In this document: piece by piece, positions 1-9,988 of the stretch
How positions within the stretch are numbered: position 1 is the first letter of the stretch
Layout: each line of letters starts with the position of its first letter
Source of the DNA: Phycisphaerales bacterium
Lineage (GTDB): Bacteria; Planctomycetota; Phycisphaerae; Phycisphaerales; UBA1924
Direction: 5' to 3'
NCBI GenBank assembly: GCA_022072615.1
Contig: JAJVHS010000001.1
Coordinates: 47,713-111,712, forward strand
Length of the DNA stretch: 64,000 bases
Notes under the pieces: model-generated
What the model was told of the DNA's origin: nothing
The model's input: the letters and a program-made list of their open reading frames with translations, nothing else
Database searches by the model: none
Translations under genes and position numbers: made by a program

Positions 1-408
1 GACGCGGTGGCGGTGCTGGATGATCGCGGGCGGATTCTGCTTGAGCAGCGGCCGGCGACGGGCATGTGGGCGTCGATGTGGCAACTGCCCACCATCGAAG
101 AAGCGGGGCGAGGCCGGCGCGATCGCGAGAAGGTCGCCGCGTGGATCGGCCTGGGCGACGCCGATCAGCTCCGCCGCCTCGAGCGTTTCACGCACACTAC
201 CACGCACAGGGATGTGCGGTTCACGCTGTGGATGTATCGATCGGCGGCGGTGCCAGCGGGGGGCGGGTCGCCCGGGCGAGTCTGGAAGTCCCGGGACGAG
301 CTGGGCGATCTTGGAATCTCCAACGCGCAGCGGCGGATGATCGCCCGGGCGTTCGAATCGGCGTTGTCGACCGGCGGGGCGACTCTCCCCGTCCGACCGC
401 GGCGCTAG
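1..408 (+). CDS. mutY: A/G-specific adenine glycosylase MutY, C-terminal NUDIX-like domain (5' part outside window)
   Basis: Frame 1 is open from base 1. Translation DAVAVLDDRGRILLEQRPATGMWASMWQLPT resembles the MutT-like C-terminal domain of MutY. Stop at 406-408. Confidence 0.5.
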   Translation, partial: DAVAVLDDRGRILLEQRPATGMWASMWQLPTIEEAGRGRRDREKVAAWIGLGDADQLRRLERFTHTTTHRDVRFTLWMYRSAAVPAGGGSPGRVWKSRDELGDLGISNAQRRMIARAFESALSTGGATLPVRPRR

Positions 409-481
409 CGGCGAGCGGCGGCACGGTGAGCGCGTCGAACCGGCGTGGAGCGGGTGGGCGGCGGCCCCGTACACTGCTCGC

Positions 482-2062
482 ATGTCCAAGGCCGGGCAAC
501 AGATCGTCTCGAGCACGCTCATCGTGGGGCTCGAGGTGCACGTCGAGCTGACATCGCGTACGAAGATGTTCAGCCGGTGCCCGAGCCCGGCGTGCCCGGA
601 GTTCGAGAGCGGCGAGCCGAACACATGGATTGATCCGGTGGTGCTCGGATTGCCGGGCGCCCTGCCGGTCGTGAACAAGGCGGCGGTCGAGCTGGCGATG
701 ATGGTGGGGCTGGCGCTGGAATGCCAGATCGCGCCGGTGACGCGGTGGGACCGCAAGAGCTACTTCTACCCGGACCTGCCCAAGGGCTACCAGATCAGCC
801 AGTACGACCTGCCGCTGTGCTTCGACGGCGCTGTGGACCTGCCGGCGATCGACGAGCGCGGGTTCTTCGTGCTCGATTCTTCTGGTCGGGCCGTGACCGA
901 ACCGAGCCGGATCGGGATCATCCGGGCGCACCTGGAGGAGGACGCGGGCAAGCTGCTGCACGAAGCGCCGGGCGGCGCGGCGATCGATTTCTCGATCGCC
1001 GACTACAACCGCGCGGGCACGCCGCTGCTTGAGATCGTCACGCAGCCGGATTTCCGTTCCGCCGACCAGGTGGTGGCGTTCGCCAAGCTGCTCCGCACCA
1101 TCTGCCGGTTCCTCGGAGCGTCCGAGGGGATCATGCAGAAGGGCCACATGCGGTTCGAGCCCAATATCAACTGCCACCTGACGCTCGACGATGGCACGCT
1201 CGTCAAGACGCCGGTGGTCGAGATCAAGAATCTCAACAGCTTCAAGGCACTGAAGGGGGCGATCGAGTACGAGGCGCTGCACCAGCCCCATCGCTGGCGG
1301 CAGGATCTCCGCGAGATGGGCCGGGGGATGAAGATCACCCGGGGGTGGGACGACCATCGCGAGCAGACGTACGTCCAGCGCGAGAAGGAGGACGCGCACG
1401 ACTATCGCTACTTCCCCGATCCGGACCTGCCGGCTGTGCAGATCGCGCCGGCGTGGGTGGAGCGGGCCCGGGCACGCGTCCCGGAGCTGCCCGTCGCGCG
1501 CCTGCGTCGGTATGTGGGGTCGTACGGGCTTGCCGCCAAGGAAGCGACGGCGCTGGTCGAGGAGCGCGAGACGTGCTTCTTCTACGAGGCGTGCACCGCG
1601 GAGCTTGCCGCGGCGGGTGTCGAGCCGGTCCGGGCCGGCAAGATCGCGGCCAATTTCCTGCTCCAGAGCGGGATGAAACGTGCCAACGAGCGCGGCGTCC
1701 CGCTCCACGAGCTTGGGATCTCCCCCGCGCAGGTGGCCGCGGTCGGCAGGCTGCGCGAGGACGGGCGGTTGAGCGCGGCCGGCGCGGACGAGCTCTTCGG
1801 GCTCTTGTGCGAGCCGGGCGTGCCCGCGGACGCCGAGCACCTCGCCTCGGAACGCGGGCTGCTCATCGTGCGCGACGACGCCGCGATCGAGAAGTGGATC
1901 GACCAGGTGCTGGCCGCGAACCAGCCGATCGTCGAGCAGATCCGGGCCGGCAAGCAACAGGCCGTAGGCCGGCTGGTCGGGGAAACGATGAAGCTCGCGA
2001 GCGGGTCGGCGGATGCCAAGACCGTTCGCGAGCTCATCCTCAAACGCATCGGAGCGGGCTGA
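482..2062 (+). CDS. gatB: Asp-tRNA(Asn)/Glu-tRNA(Gln) amidotransferase subunit B
   Basis: 526 aa starting at ATG 482. LIVGLEVHVELTSRTKMFSRC, GKLLHE, MRFEPNINCH and a GatB/YqeY-like C-terminal tail are characteristic of GatB. Confidence 0.95.
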   Translation: MSKAGQQIVSSTLIVGLEVHVELTSRTKMFSRCPSPACPEFESGEPNTWIDPVVLGLPGALPVVNKAAVELAMMVGLALECQIAPVTRWDRKSYFYPDLPKGYQISQYDLPLCFDGAVDLPAIDERGFFVLDSSGRAVTEPSRIGIIRAHLEEDAGKLLHEAPGGAAIDFSIADYNRAGTPLLEIVTQPDFRSADQVVAFAKLLRTICRFLGASEGIMQKGHMRFEPNINCHLTLDDGTLVKTPVVEIKNLNSFKALKGAIEYEALHQPHRWRQDLREMGRGMKITRGWDDHREQTYVQREKEDAHDYRYFPDPDLPAVQIAPAWVERARARVPELPVARLRRYVGSYGLAAKEATALVEERETCFFYEACTAELAAAGVEPVRAGKIAANFLLQSGMKRANERGVPLHELGISPAQVAAVGRLREDGRLSAAGADELFGLLCEPGVPADAEHLASERGLLIVRDDAAIEKWIDQVLAANQPIVEQIRAGKQQAVGRLVGETMKLASGSADAKTVRELILKRIGAG

Positions 2063-2095
2063 CGCGGGCGACGACCCGCGCCGGAGAGTGGCGGG

Positions 2096-3574
2096 TCAAT
2101 ACTCGAAATTCGCGTACGAGTTGCTGGTCGTGATGTCGGCGCCGGCGACGCTGAAGATCGTGCCCTTGGTGTTCCCCGCGGCCAAGTTGAAGTTCGCGGC
2201 CGAGTTGGTCGTGCAGGTGTTGCGGATGATCAGGTTGTTCGAGTCGAGCACCTGGATGCCGTAGTCGTTATCCGAGCAGTTGTTCTCCTCGATGCGGTTG
2301 TCGCTGTTGAAGAGCGGGAAACCGGCGTCGGAGACGTAGATCCCCGAACCGATCGCGGACCCGCTGCCGTTGCTGTCGCAGGTGTTGGCCCGGACGAGGC
2401 AATCGTCGAAGACCTGGATCCCGTGGACGGTGTTGGCGCCCGCGGTGCAGTGGAGGATCGAGACGGACTGTCCGCCGATGATGCCGGTGCCGGTGTTGGC
2501 CTTGGCGGTGCACTCGACGATGACGCCGCGGTCGCTCATGTAGATGCCGCTGTTGCCGTTGGCCTCGGCCATGCATCCGCGAACGGTGCCGCCGGCGGTG
2601 TAGATCCCGTACCCGCTGTTGGTCGTGACGATGCAGTCGGTGATGGTGGCGGTGGTGACGGTGCTCGAGGAGTAGAGCCTCGCGAGGATGCCGTGCTGAT
2701 TTGTCGCCGACCCGTTGCCGTCGACCGCGCAGCGGAAGACGTTGCCGCCCTTGCCGATGATGATGCCACCGCCGAGGTTGTCGTCGACGTGGCAGTCGTT
2801 CACCGACCCGCCGTCGCCGACCATGATGCCGACGGAGTTGTTGAGCGTGACCGTGCAGCCGGTGACGCGGCCGCCGAGCGGGACCACGATCCCCGAACCG
2901 CCGTTGCTGCCCGCTTCGCAGTTGACCAGCTGCGAGTCGCTGCCGGCGAAGTAGCCGTGGCCGCCGTTCTGGCTCGCGAAGCACTGGAGGAACTCCACGT
3001 GGTTGCTGGTCTGGCAGCCGTCGGCGGAGTTGAGGTAGAAGTAGCAGCGGGTGAAGACGGTGCCGCTGTTGACGGTGATGCCGGTCCCGGTGTTGGAGGC
3101 GAACTTCATCTCCTCGACGACCCAGGCGCCGGCGTTGTTGGCGGTCACGCCGTTGGCTCCCCAGCCGGTGATGACACCGTTGCGCAGGGTGAGGTAGGGC
3201 GCTGAGGTTGGCGAGCCGGGGCCGGTGCCGTTGCCGTCGATCCCGGCGAGCGACCCGGGCACGCCACGGATCTGGAACCCGCGGCAGTCGAGGGTGACGT
3301 GCGCGGCCTCGATCTCGATGCCGTGCTTGCCGGCGGCGCCCACGACGTCGCCGGCGAGGACGTACCGGCCGGGCTTGGTGATCTTGAACACGCTGTCGGC
3401 GTCGCCGGGCGTCGTGGAAGGGCCGACGACGATCCCCGGCTCGATGTCGCTCAGCGTCCTGTAGGTGGGTGCGATGGGGCCGGCGGGAGGATCGAGCGGC
3501 CCGGCGTGCGAGAGCACCACCGCGGCGACGGATCCGCAGGCGACCCACAGAGCTGGGGAACAGGACTTGGCCAT
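2096..3574 (-). CDS. secreted right-handed parallel beta-helix repeat protein
   Basis: ATG at 3574 is preceded by GGAG. Signal-like MAKSCSPALWVACGSVAAVVLSHA. The body is made of ~20-aa G/N/T/C-rich repeats (NSGYGIYTAGG, NTGTGIIGG, NGNSGIYM) typical of pectate-lyase-fold beta-helices. Confidence 0.7.
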   Translation of the reverse strand: MAKSCSPALWVACGSVAAVVLSHAGPLDPPAGPIAPTYRTLSDIEPGIVVGPSTTPGDADSVFKITKPGRYVLAGDVVGAAGKHGIEIEAAHVTLDCRGFQIRGVPGSLAGIDGNGTGPGSPTSAPYLTLRNGVITGWGANGVTANNAGAWVVEEMKFASNTGTGITVNSGTVFTRCYFYLNSADGCQTSNHVEFLQCFASQNGGHGYFAGSDSQLVNCEAGSNGGSGIVVPLGGRVTGCTVTLNNSVGIMVGDGGSVNDCHVDDNLGGGIIIGKGGNVFRCAVDGNGSATNQHGILARLYSSSTVTTATITDCIVTTNSGYGIYTAGGTVRGCMAEANGNSGIYMSDRGVIVECTAKANTGTGIIGGQSVSILHCTAGANTVHGIQVFDDCLVRANTCDSNGSGSAIGSGIYVSDAGFPLFNSDNRIEENNCSDNDYGIQVLDSNNLIIRNTCTTNSAANFNLAAGNTKGTIFSVAGADITTSNSYANFEY

Positions 3575-3868
3575 GATCGAATCTCCTCGGATTGCCGCTC
3601 GCGCCCGAGCGGCCTCTCCCTCGCACAAGCGCAGGAACCCCGGAGGCCGGCAAGAGAATCCGGCGCTCCGCCCGTGGCGAATCTACCGGGGTCTCGCGTG
3701 GATGCAACGCGGTTTCGCGCGGGATCGACTTCATGAGAGCCGCGCGTCCCTCACAGAGCCCGACCGGGCGTGGGGAATCATCCGGTGTAGCGCCGCGGTT
3801 CAGCGATCATCTAAACGGGCATGAACAGTACGACCACGCCGTCAGGGGCACCGACCAAGGATCGTTCC

Positions 3869-4597
3869 ATGCTCACCATCCGCAGGGCAAACGAACGCGG
3901 CCGCACCGATATTGACTGGCTCGACAGCTGGCACACGTTCTCGTTCGGCGAGTACCACGACCCGCGGCACATGAACTTCCGCGATCTGCGGGTGATCAAC
4001 GACGACCGCGTCGCGGGCGGCGGCGGCTTCGACACGCACCCGCACCGCGACATGGAGATCATCACGGTGGTGCTCGACGGCGAGCTGAAGCACCGTGACA
4101 GCCTGGGATCGGAGGGATCGATCCGCCCGGGCGAGGTGCAGGTCATGACGGCGGGGCGCGACATCCGCCACAGCGAGTTCAACGGGTCGCGCGAGAGGCC
4201 GGTGCACCTGCTGCAGATCTGGATCATGCCGGAGGCGCGGGGCCTGCCGGCCGCTTATGCGCAGAAGGATTTCGGGGTCGCCGCGAGGAGGAACAAGCTG
4301 GTCCGGGTCGCGGGTCGTGACGGCGTGGAGCGCGACGGCGCCCTGAAGATCAACCAGGACGTGGACGTGTACGTGACGGACCTGGACGGCGGCGCAACGG
4401 TCGGGCACGCGCTCCGGCCAGGGCGCGGCGCCTGGGTGCACGTGGCGACCGGATCGGCGACGGTCAACGGCCAGAAGCTCGGGGCCGGGGACGCGGTCGG
4501 GATCGAGGGCGCGGCGGAGGTGACGATCGAAGGCGCGAGCACGTCGAAGGACGGCGGTGGGGCACCCGCCACGGTGCTCGTGTTTGACTGCAGGTAG
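3869..4597 (+). CDS. yhhW: pirin family protein (YhhW-like quercetin 2,3-dioxygenase)
   Basis: MLTIRRANERGRTDIDWLDSWHTFSFGEYHDP...HPHRDMEIITVVLDGEL...LLQIWIMP aligns along its length with E. coli YhhW as I recall it. ATG 3869 has an AAGGA upstream; the upstream ATG 3821 lacks an SD. Confidence 0.9.
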   Translation: MLTIRRANERGRTDIDWLDSWHTFSFGEYHDPRHMNFRDLRVINDDRVAGGGGFDTHPHRDMEIITVVLDGELKHRDSLGSEGSIRPGEVQVMTAGRDIRHSEFNGSRERPVHLLQIWIMPEARGLPAAYAQKDFGVAARRNKLVRVAGRDGVERDGALKINQDVDVYVTDLDGGATVGHALRPGRGAWVHVATGSATVNGQKLGAGDAVGIEGAAEVTIEGASTSKDGGGAPATVLVFDCR

Positions 4598-4618
4598 CGC
4601 CGATGAGTCGAGGCCGCA

Positions 4619-4649
4619 ACCGGACGGAGCCGTCTCCGTCCGGTTTTTT
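4619..4649 (+). terminator. rho-independent terminator after the pirin gene
   Basis: Stem ccggacggag / ctccgtccgg followed by tttttt, about 20 nt after the stop. Confidence 0.65.
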
Positions 4650-4901
4650 CATGCCGAGCTCAGGGACTGTCGCGGCCGTCATCGTCGTCGAGCCGGGCGA
4701 GCGCGGCGAAACGCCGTGCATCCCGGGCATGAGGATCGCGTTCGGGCATCTCGGCCGATCCGCGCGGTCGACCGGTCGGCGCGGTCAGAACTTCCGAGGC
4801 TCAAGAAACAAGGCCGGCGCGCCGCGATGAGCCCCAGTCGGGTGCGGCGCGCCGTGAAAATGCCGGCGATTACCGCCGGAAGAGCGCCCCGGCGCGGTGA
4901 T

Positions 4902-5546
4902 CTACGTCCTGCGCCGCCGGCCGGAGGCCGCGCCGAGAACCGCCGAGGCGAGCACCATCGACGCGGGCGCGGGAATGATGACGATATCCGTCATGGTGTT
5001 GCCGTACGCGCCGGCGCCGTAGCACGTCACGTCGATCGTGTCTCCCGCGGCGACCCACATGCCGAGTGCCTCGAAGGCGTTGGGACCTCCCGCGGGCAGC
5101 TCCTGGAGGATGTCGCCGTTGTGCATGATCATCCGCGCGGAGGCGCTCAAACCGAAGCTGACCGACAGATCGATCATTCCGCTGTTGGGCGCGGTCCACC
5201 GGGCGGTCGAGGTGGAGTAGGCGTCGCCGTTGAGCGAGCAGTGCCCGGGCGCGACGTTGAACTGCCACCCGCCGGTCATGTTCTTCCATGTCTCACCGCC
5301 GAACGTTCCGCCGGCGTTGTCGGTCATGTACCAGTGGAGGATCCAGCCCTCGTCCACGGCGGTGTCGAAGGGCTGGAACTCGCCGGTCGGCTTTCCGTCT
5401 GCATCCTTGTGCTTCGCGCCGTAGGACCACGCCCCGTTGGGGTTGCCGCCGGTGAGCGAGAAGTCCGCCGCGTAGTCGTACACCGCCGCCGATGCGACGC
5501 CCGCGGCGACGAGGATCGTTGCCGTTGCAGCAAACCGTGCAGTCAT
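4902..5546 (-). CDS. secreted hypothetical protein with PEP-CTERM-like tail
   Basis: ATG 5546 is preceded by GGGAGAG. Signal peptide MTARFAATATILVAAGVASA. C-terminus IIPAPASMVLASAVLGAASGRRRRT. Confidence 0.65.
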   Translation of the reverse strand: MTARFAATATILVAAGVASAAVYDYAADFSLTGGNPNGAWSYGAKHKDADGKPTGEFQPFDTAVDEGWILHWYMTDNAGGTFGGETWKNMTGGWQFNVAPGHCSLNGDAYSTSTARWTAPNSGMIDLSVSFGLSASARMIMHNGDILQELPAGGPNAFEALGMWVAAGDTIDVTCYGAGAYGNTMTDIVIIPAPASMVLASAVLGAASGRRRRT

Positions 5547-5712
5547 GGCTCTCTCCCTGGGACGCCTCTCCGCGTCCGCTCGCGGCCCTGCAGGAACGAA
5601 TGCCTCCTCCCATGGGCCGCCGGCAACGGGCAGGGCCAAACCCGGCCACGGCGGCAGTAGCGGATATATCTATCCGAATAATACCGTGACGGGTTGTCAG
5701 AGTCGAGACAAC

Positions 5713-5740
5713 AAAAAAGCCCGGCTCGGCGCCGGGCTTT
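5713..5740 (-). terminator. rho-independent terminator after tig
   Basis: On the minus strand, agcccggcgccgagccgggct hairpin followed by tttttt, about 26 nt after the tig stop. Confidence 0.65.
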
Positions 5741-5765
5741 GGGGCTGGGGGGTGGTTGGCGGCGG

Positions 5766-7139
5766 TCAGGCCGACTGCTTCATCAGCTTGTCGAACTCCT
5801 CGGCGGGGACTTCCTCGACCTTGGCCCGGGCGACGATGGCGTCCATGGCCTTGTGCTCGCGGATCTGCGTCGCGATGCCGTTGATGCGGCCGGACTTGAT
5901 CAGGTCCTGGCGGAGCTGGTCGGGGCGGGTGTTGTTCTCGGCGGCGAGCTGGGCGATGCGCTGCTCGACGTCCTGCTGCATGACCTGGACGTTGAACTGG
6001 GCGGCGGCCTTGTGGAGGATGAAGAACATCTTGAGCTCGCCGGCGGCCCGTGCGCCAGAGGCGGCCCGGAGCTCGGCGAGGTGCTCCTCGATCTTCTGGG
6101 GATCAAAGCCGCGGTACATGAGCTCGAGGCGCTGGCGCTCGAGGATCCGGGCGGCCTGCGAGGCGGCCATGCGGGGCGGCAGGTCGATCTTGACGTGCTC
6201 CATCAGGTGCTTGGCGACCTGCTGGCGCATCACCACCTGCTGGCGGACCTGGATGTTCTGCTGGAGCCGCGACTTGATGAACTCGCGGAGCTTGGCTTCG
6301 TCGGGCCACTGGTACCGGGCGACGATGTCCTCGAGCTTGGCGGGGATGATGCGGTCTACGCGATCGACCTTGAAGGTGATCGTGAGGTCCGCCCCGCGGA
6401 TCTTCTCGACCTCGTGGTTCTCGGGGCCCTTGGTCTTGATGGTCGCGGTCTCGCCGGGCTTGGGGAGGCCCAGCTGCCTGGAGAAGTCGTCGACCATGAC
6501 GCCCAGGATCATGCCCTTGCCGCCGCTCTCGGCGGTGGGGATCTGGATGACCGCGCCGGGCAGGTTGTAGAACTCTGTGCCGTCGCCGCCGACCATGATG
6601 CCGTGGCCGGTGAGGTAGTCGCCGGCCTCGGGGGACTCGCGGGATTCGAGGTCGCCCTCGTTGATGCAAATCTTGCGGAGCTCGTCCTCGACCATCTTGT
6701 CGGTGACTTCGAGGATCGGCTTCTTGACCGGGATGTTGTCGAGCGAGGGAAGATCAAACTCGGGAACCACCTCGACCTCGAGCTCGAAGGCCAGGGGCTT
6801 GCCGCCCTCGATCTGGACCTTGTCGAAGTTCTCGGCGGCGGGCTCGCCCACGACCTGGAGCTTGTTGTCCTCGACCGCCTTGCGATAGGCCTCGGAGACC
6901 AGCCGCGTGCGGGCCTCGTCGCGGACGGCGGTGCCGAAGCGCTTCTCGACCAGCTTGCGCGGGACGTGGCCCGGGCGGAAGCCGGGGAGCGAGACCGTGT
7001 TGGCCAGCGTGTCCATCTGCTGCTTGAGCAGGGCGTCGACGGCCTCGGCGGGGATCTCGATGGCGAGCTTCTTGCGAGCCGGGCCGAGGTCGGAGATGGT
7101 CACTTTGTTGGATGCTTCGGGAGCGGCGGTCTCGGCCAT
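5766..7139 (-). CDS. tig: trigger factor
   Basis: [35 protein letters not shown]...[19 protein letters not shown] is the trigger-factor N-terminal signature. Start taken at ATG 7139. Confidence 0.93.
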   Translation of the reverse strand: MAETAAPEASNKVTISDLGPARKKLAIEIPAEAVDALLKQQMDTLANTVSLPGFRPGHVPRKLVEKRFGTAVRDEARTRLVSEAYRKAVEDNKLQVVGEPAAENFDKVQIEGGKPLAFELEVEVVPEFDLPSLDNIPVKKPILEVTDKMVEDELRKICINEGDLESRESPEAGDYLTGHGIMVGGDGTEFYNLPGAVIQIPTAESGGKGMILGVMVDDFSRQLGLPKPGETATIKTKGPENHEVEKIRGADLTITFKVDRVDRIIPAKLEDIVARYQWPDEAKLREFIKSRLQQNIQVRQQVVMRQQVAKHLMEHVKIDLPPRMAASQAARILERQRLELMYRGFDPQKIEEHLAELRAASGARAAGELKMFFILHKAAAQFNVQVMQQDVEQRIAQLAAENNTRPDQLRQDLIKSGRINGIATQIREHKAMDAIVARAKVEEVPAEEFDKLMKQSA

Positions 7140-7399
7140 GGAAGGACTCCGGTCGGGTGGGGCAAAGGGCCCCGGTGAGAGCAAGCAATGACCCCGGAAA
7201 GGTGCTCCGGGCAGGGTCGTAAGTTTAGACGGGGGCCCTGCTGGGTCCAATCCGGGTCCAAATGCCCGGGCGGTGGCTTCCAATTCCGGACACGACCCCG
7301 CGCGGACCGCGGGAACGCGCGGAAAGCCGGGGCAGTGCGGATCGACCGGGCGGGCGCGCCGGGCGTTGCGGGCGGGGCGCAGTCTGTACGCTGGTGCCC

Positions 7400-8257
7400 A
7401 TGATTGGGTACCTGGCTCTCATCCTCATCGTGCTCGCGGCCCCGATGGTCGGCTGCGTGCCCCAGCGGTCCCGGCAGCCCGCGACGACACCGGCGACTTC
7501 GCCGCCACCGCAGCCGCAGGCGCTGGAGACGCCGGCCGAGCCGCCGCACGTGGTGTTCATCGCCGCCGAGGACGAATACAAGTCGGAAAAGTCGCTCGCG
7601 CTGCTCGCCGAGGACGCCAGGGCCAAGGGGTGGACCACGACGCTGCTGACCGGTTACCCGGACCAGTCGGCGGCAGAGAGCATCCCGGGCCTCGAGGCGC
7701 TCGAGCGCGCCGAGCTGGCGGTGATCTACATGCGGTTCCGAAAGCTGCCGGCGGAGCAGGTCGCTCACCTTGAGAAATACCTCCATCGCGGCGCGCCCGT
7801 GGTCGGCATCCGCACGAGCACCCACGCGTTCGCCTATGCCAAGGGCGATCCGCTCGTCGCGTGGAACCATTTCGGGCGCGACGTCCTCGGAGCGCCGTGG
7901 ATCCGCCACTTCGGACACGACTCGACGACCGATGTGACGGTGGCGCCCGGGGCGGAGACGTCGGCGCTGCTCGGCGGCGTCGAGCCGGCGTTCCACGTGC
8001 GTTCGTGGCTGTACGACCTCGAGGGGAAGTACCCGCCCGCGGGTTCGCAGATCCTGCTCGTCGGTCAATCGTGCGATGAGCAGGGCCGGCAGGTGAAGGA
8101 TCGGCCGCCCAGCGCGGTGGCGTGGACCCGCACCAACGCGTGGGGAGGAAAGGTGTTCACGACGACGCTCGGGCACCCCGAGGATTTCGCGAATGCGTCG
8201 GTCCGGAAGCTGCTCGTGAACGCGATGGAGTGGGCGGTCGACCCGAAGGCGAAATAG
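7400..8257 (+). CDS. ThuA domain-containing lipoprotein
   Basis: Lipoprotein signal MIGYLALILIVLAAPMVGC. HVVFIAAEDEYKSEKSL and the C-terminal TTTLGHPEDFANASVRKLLVNAMEWA resemble the ThuA/trehalose-utilisation fold family. Confidence 0.65.
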   Translation: MIGYLALILIVLAAPMVGCVPQRSRQPATTPATSPPPQPQALETPAEPPHVVFIAAEDEYKSEKSLALLAEDARAKGWTTTLLTGYPDQSAAESIPGLEALERAELAVIYMRFRKLPAEQVAHLEKYLHRGAPVVGIRTSTHAFAYAKGDPLVAWNHFGRDVLGAPWIRHFGHDSTTDVTVAPGAETSALLGGVEPAFHVRSWLYDLEGKYPPAGSQILLVGQSCDEQGRQVKDRPPSAVAWTRTNAWGGKVFTTTLGHPEDFANASVRKLLVNAMEWAVDPKAK

Positions 8258-8276
8258 CGGGTCGATGTCGCGGCGG

Positions 8277-9140
8277 TTACCAGGTGCGCAGCGCGGGGAT
8301 GACCTTGGGCTGGTCGAGGGGGGTGATCTCGTAGGCCACGATCGGCCCGACCTCGCGGCGGAACAGCTTGAGATTCGAGTTGGGTGGCAGCGCCAGTTCA
8401 CGGTCGCGAGAGGCCTGGTCCAGGAACACGAGCACTTCGCGATCGTCCACACGGGCCAGCAGCATCATGGTGTGCGGGCTGATGGGCGACCCGTTGTAGT
8501 CGTCGTTGTATCCCCAGCCAAGGACCTCGACGCCCGGGGTGGCGGTCGCGACCAGCGCGGTGCCGAGTTTCTCCTTCACGAGCGCGGCGAACTCGGGATC
8601 GGTCTTGCAGACGACCGCCGGCTGGAAACCCATCATCACCAGCCGGTTGTACATCTCGGTGGGCTGCATGAGGTTGAAGTCGGGCACGCGGCGGTCCCAG
8701 TACGCTCGGAACAGCCCGGCGGCGACCAGCAGCACCGCGGCGGCGGCGAGGATGGGCCAGAGTCGGCGCGTCGGCGCTGCTCTGGCGGGCAGCGAGATCG
8801 GGACAGGCGCGTCGCCGGCGGGCGCTCCAGCGCCCGATGCGCCCGTGCCGGGCGCGAGGTGTGCGCGGTCCATCGAATCGCGAGCACCGAGATCGATCGG
8901 GATCGCGGGCATCGGGATCGAATCCGCGGGGTGCATCCGCCGGAGGGAGGCGTCAATCTTCTCCTGCAGTTCGACCTGGGCTCGGAGGTCCGCGTCGTCT
9001 TCGAGTCGGGCCTGCATCCACGCGAGCTCATCGCCCGCGAGGTCGCCGTCGATGTAGCGTTCGAGGAGCGTGTCGAGCCGCGCCTCGAAGCCGCCGGAAT
9101 CGGGGCCGCCCGGACCTGGGTGCAGGGAGCGCGAGTTCAC
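8277..9140 (-). CDS. anti-sigma factor (single-pass membrane)
   Basis: The GTG start overlaps the sigma gene stop (GTGA). N-terminal LLERYIDGDLAGDELAWMQARLEDDADLRAQV anti-sigma helix region and one TM helix (LWPILAAAAVLLVAAGLF). Confidence 0.6.
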   Translation of the reverse strand: MNSRSLHPGPGGPDSGGFEARLDTLLERYIDGDLAGDELAWMQARLEDDADLRAQVELQEKIDASLRRMHPADSIPMPAIPIDLGARDSMDRAHLAPGTGASGAGAPAGDAPVPISLPARAAPTRRLWPILAAAAVLLVAAGLFRAYWDRRVPDFNLMQPTEMYNRLVMMGFQPAVVCKTDPEFAALVKEKLGTALVATATPGVEVLGWGYNDDYNGSPISPHTMMLLARVDDREVLVFLDQASRDRELALPPNSNLKLFRREVGPIVAYEITPLDQPKVIPALRTW

Positions 9141-9739
9141 GGCGTGCTCCTTTTCTGCCCGGCGAGGTCGGGGTCACCGTGGGTGGCGGCGAGGCGCGCG
9201 CGCATCGCTTTTCGAGCCCGGAACACATGGCTCATGGCGGTCCCTTCCGGAATCCCGAGTGCGTCGGAGATGTCCTTGTACTCCAGGCCGAGGACGACTT
9301 TCATCAGCAGGCAGGCGCGAGCGGTCTCGTCGAGCTCGTTGAGGGCGGCGGTGACGTGCTCGTCGAACCCCATCGCGCCGTCGGCGGCGCCCGAGGCGGC
9401 GGCGCGGGAGGGGGATTCGTCGGCGGCGTCGGGCGGGGCGTGCTCCCGCCGGCGAGCGCGCTTGCGCAGCTCGTTCATGGCCGTGTAGCGGACGACCTGT
9501 CCCATCCACGCGGCGAAGCTGGTGCCCGGGTTGAAATCGGTGATCTTGCGCAGCGCGATGATCGCGCTTTCCTGGACGATATCCCGGGCCAGCTCGCGAT
9601 CGCGGAGCACCGACACCGCGATGCACCACAGCGTGCGCGAGTGGGCTTCGAAGAGCTCGGCGAATCGAGCCGGCGAGAGCGATTCGAAGTCGGCGTGCGG
9701 GCGCGCAGCAACCGCGGACGGGTCCATCGAAGGAGTCAT
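9137..9739 (-). CDS. ECF (sigma-70 family) RNA polymerase sigma factor
   Basis: Region 2 (ARDIVQESAIIALRKITDFNPGTSFAAWMGQVVRYTAMNELRK) and region 4 (ACLLMKVVLGLEYKDISDALGIPEGTAMSHVFRARKAMRARL). Start is uncertain, with in-frame ATGs at 9787, 9760, 9739 and 9727. Confidence 0.85.
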   Translation of the reverse strand: MTPSMDPSAVAARPHADFESLSPARFAELFEAHSRTLWCIAVSVLRDRELARDIVQESAIIALRKITDFNPGTSFAAWMGQVVRYTAMNELRKRARRREHAPPDAADESPSRAAASGAADGAMGFDEHVTAALNELDETARACLLMKVVLGLEYKDISDALGIPEGTAMSHVFRARKAMRARLAATHGDPDLAGQKRSTP

Positions 9740-9988
9740 GTGCGTCGGGTCGCCCGGCATTGCATCCCCGGAGATCGAGAGACCCATGGTAAGGAGGCGG
9801 CCGGAGCGAGAATCCGGCGGGAATCGGCGATCCGGCGTGCAAGGCGGGGGCGCGGGCCGACATTCACCGGTGAATCCGCTCCGGTCGGCCCGAACAAGGG
9901 CCGGATCCAAGGAGAGAGAACCGCATCGGACCGGCGATCCGGCGTGGCGGGAGCTCGAGAGCGCGGATGCAACAGAAGGAGATCAGGA

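Noticed and set aside
221-1957. 578-aa ORF on the minus strand opposite gatB
   Set aside because: It is a shadow ORF of a clearly homologous gene. The translation is Arg/Ala/Pro/Leu-rich with no recognisable motif, as expected for antisense frames in GC3-biased DNA.
5694-7178. 494-aa plus-strand ORF opposite tig
   Set aside because: Antisense to trigger factor, with low-complexity G/L/D/V/A composition and no SD or signal features.
8837-9988. N-terminal 384 codons of the 671-aa track ORF 8837-10852
   Set aside because: This part is antisense to the sigma and anti-sigma genes and is Arg-rich. A strong SD, an ATG and a signal peptide occur at 9989, so only the last 287 codons are called.
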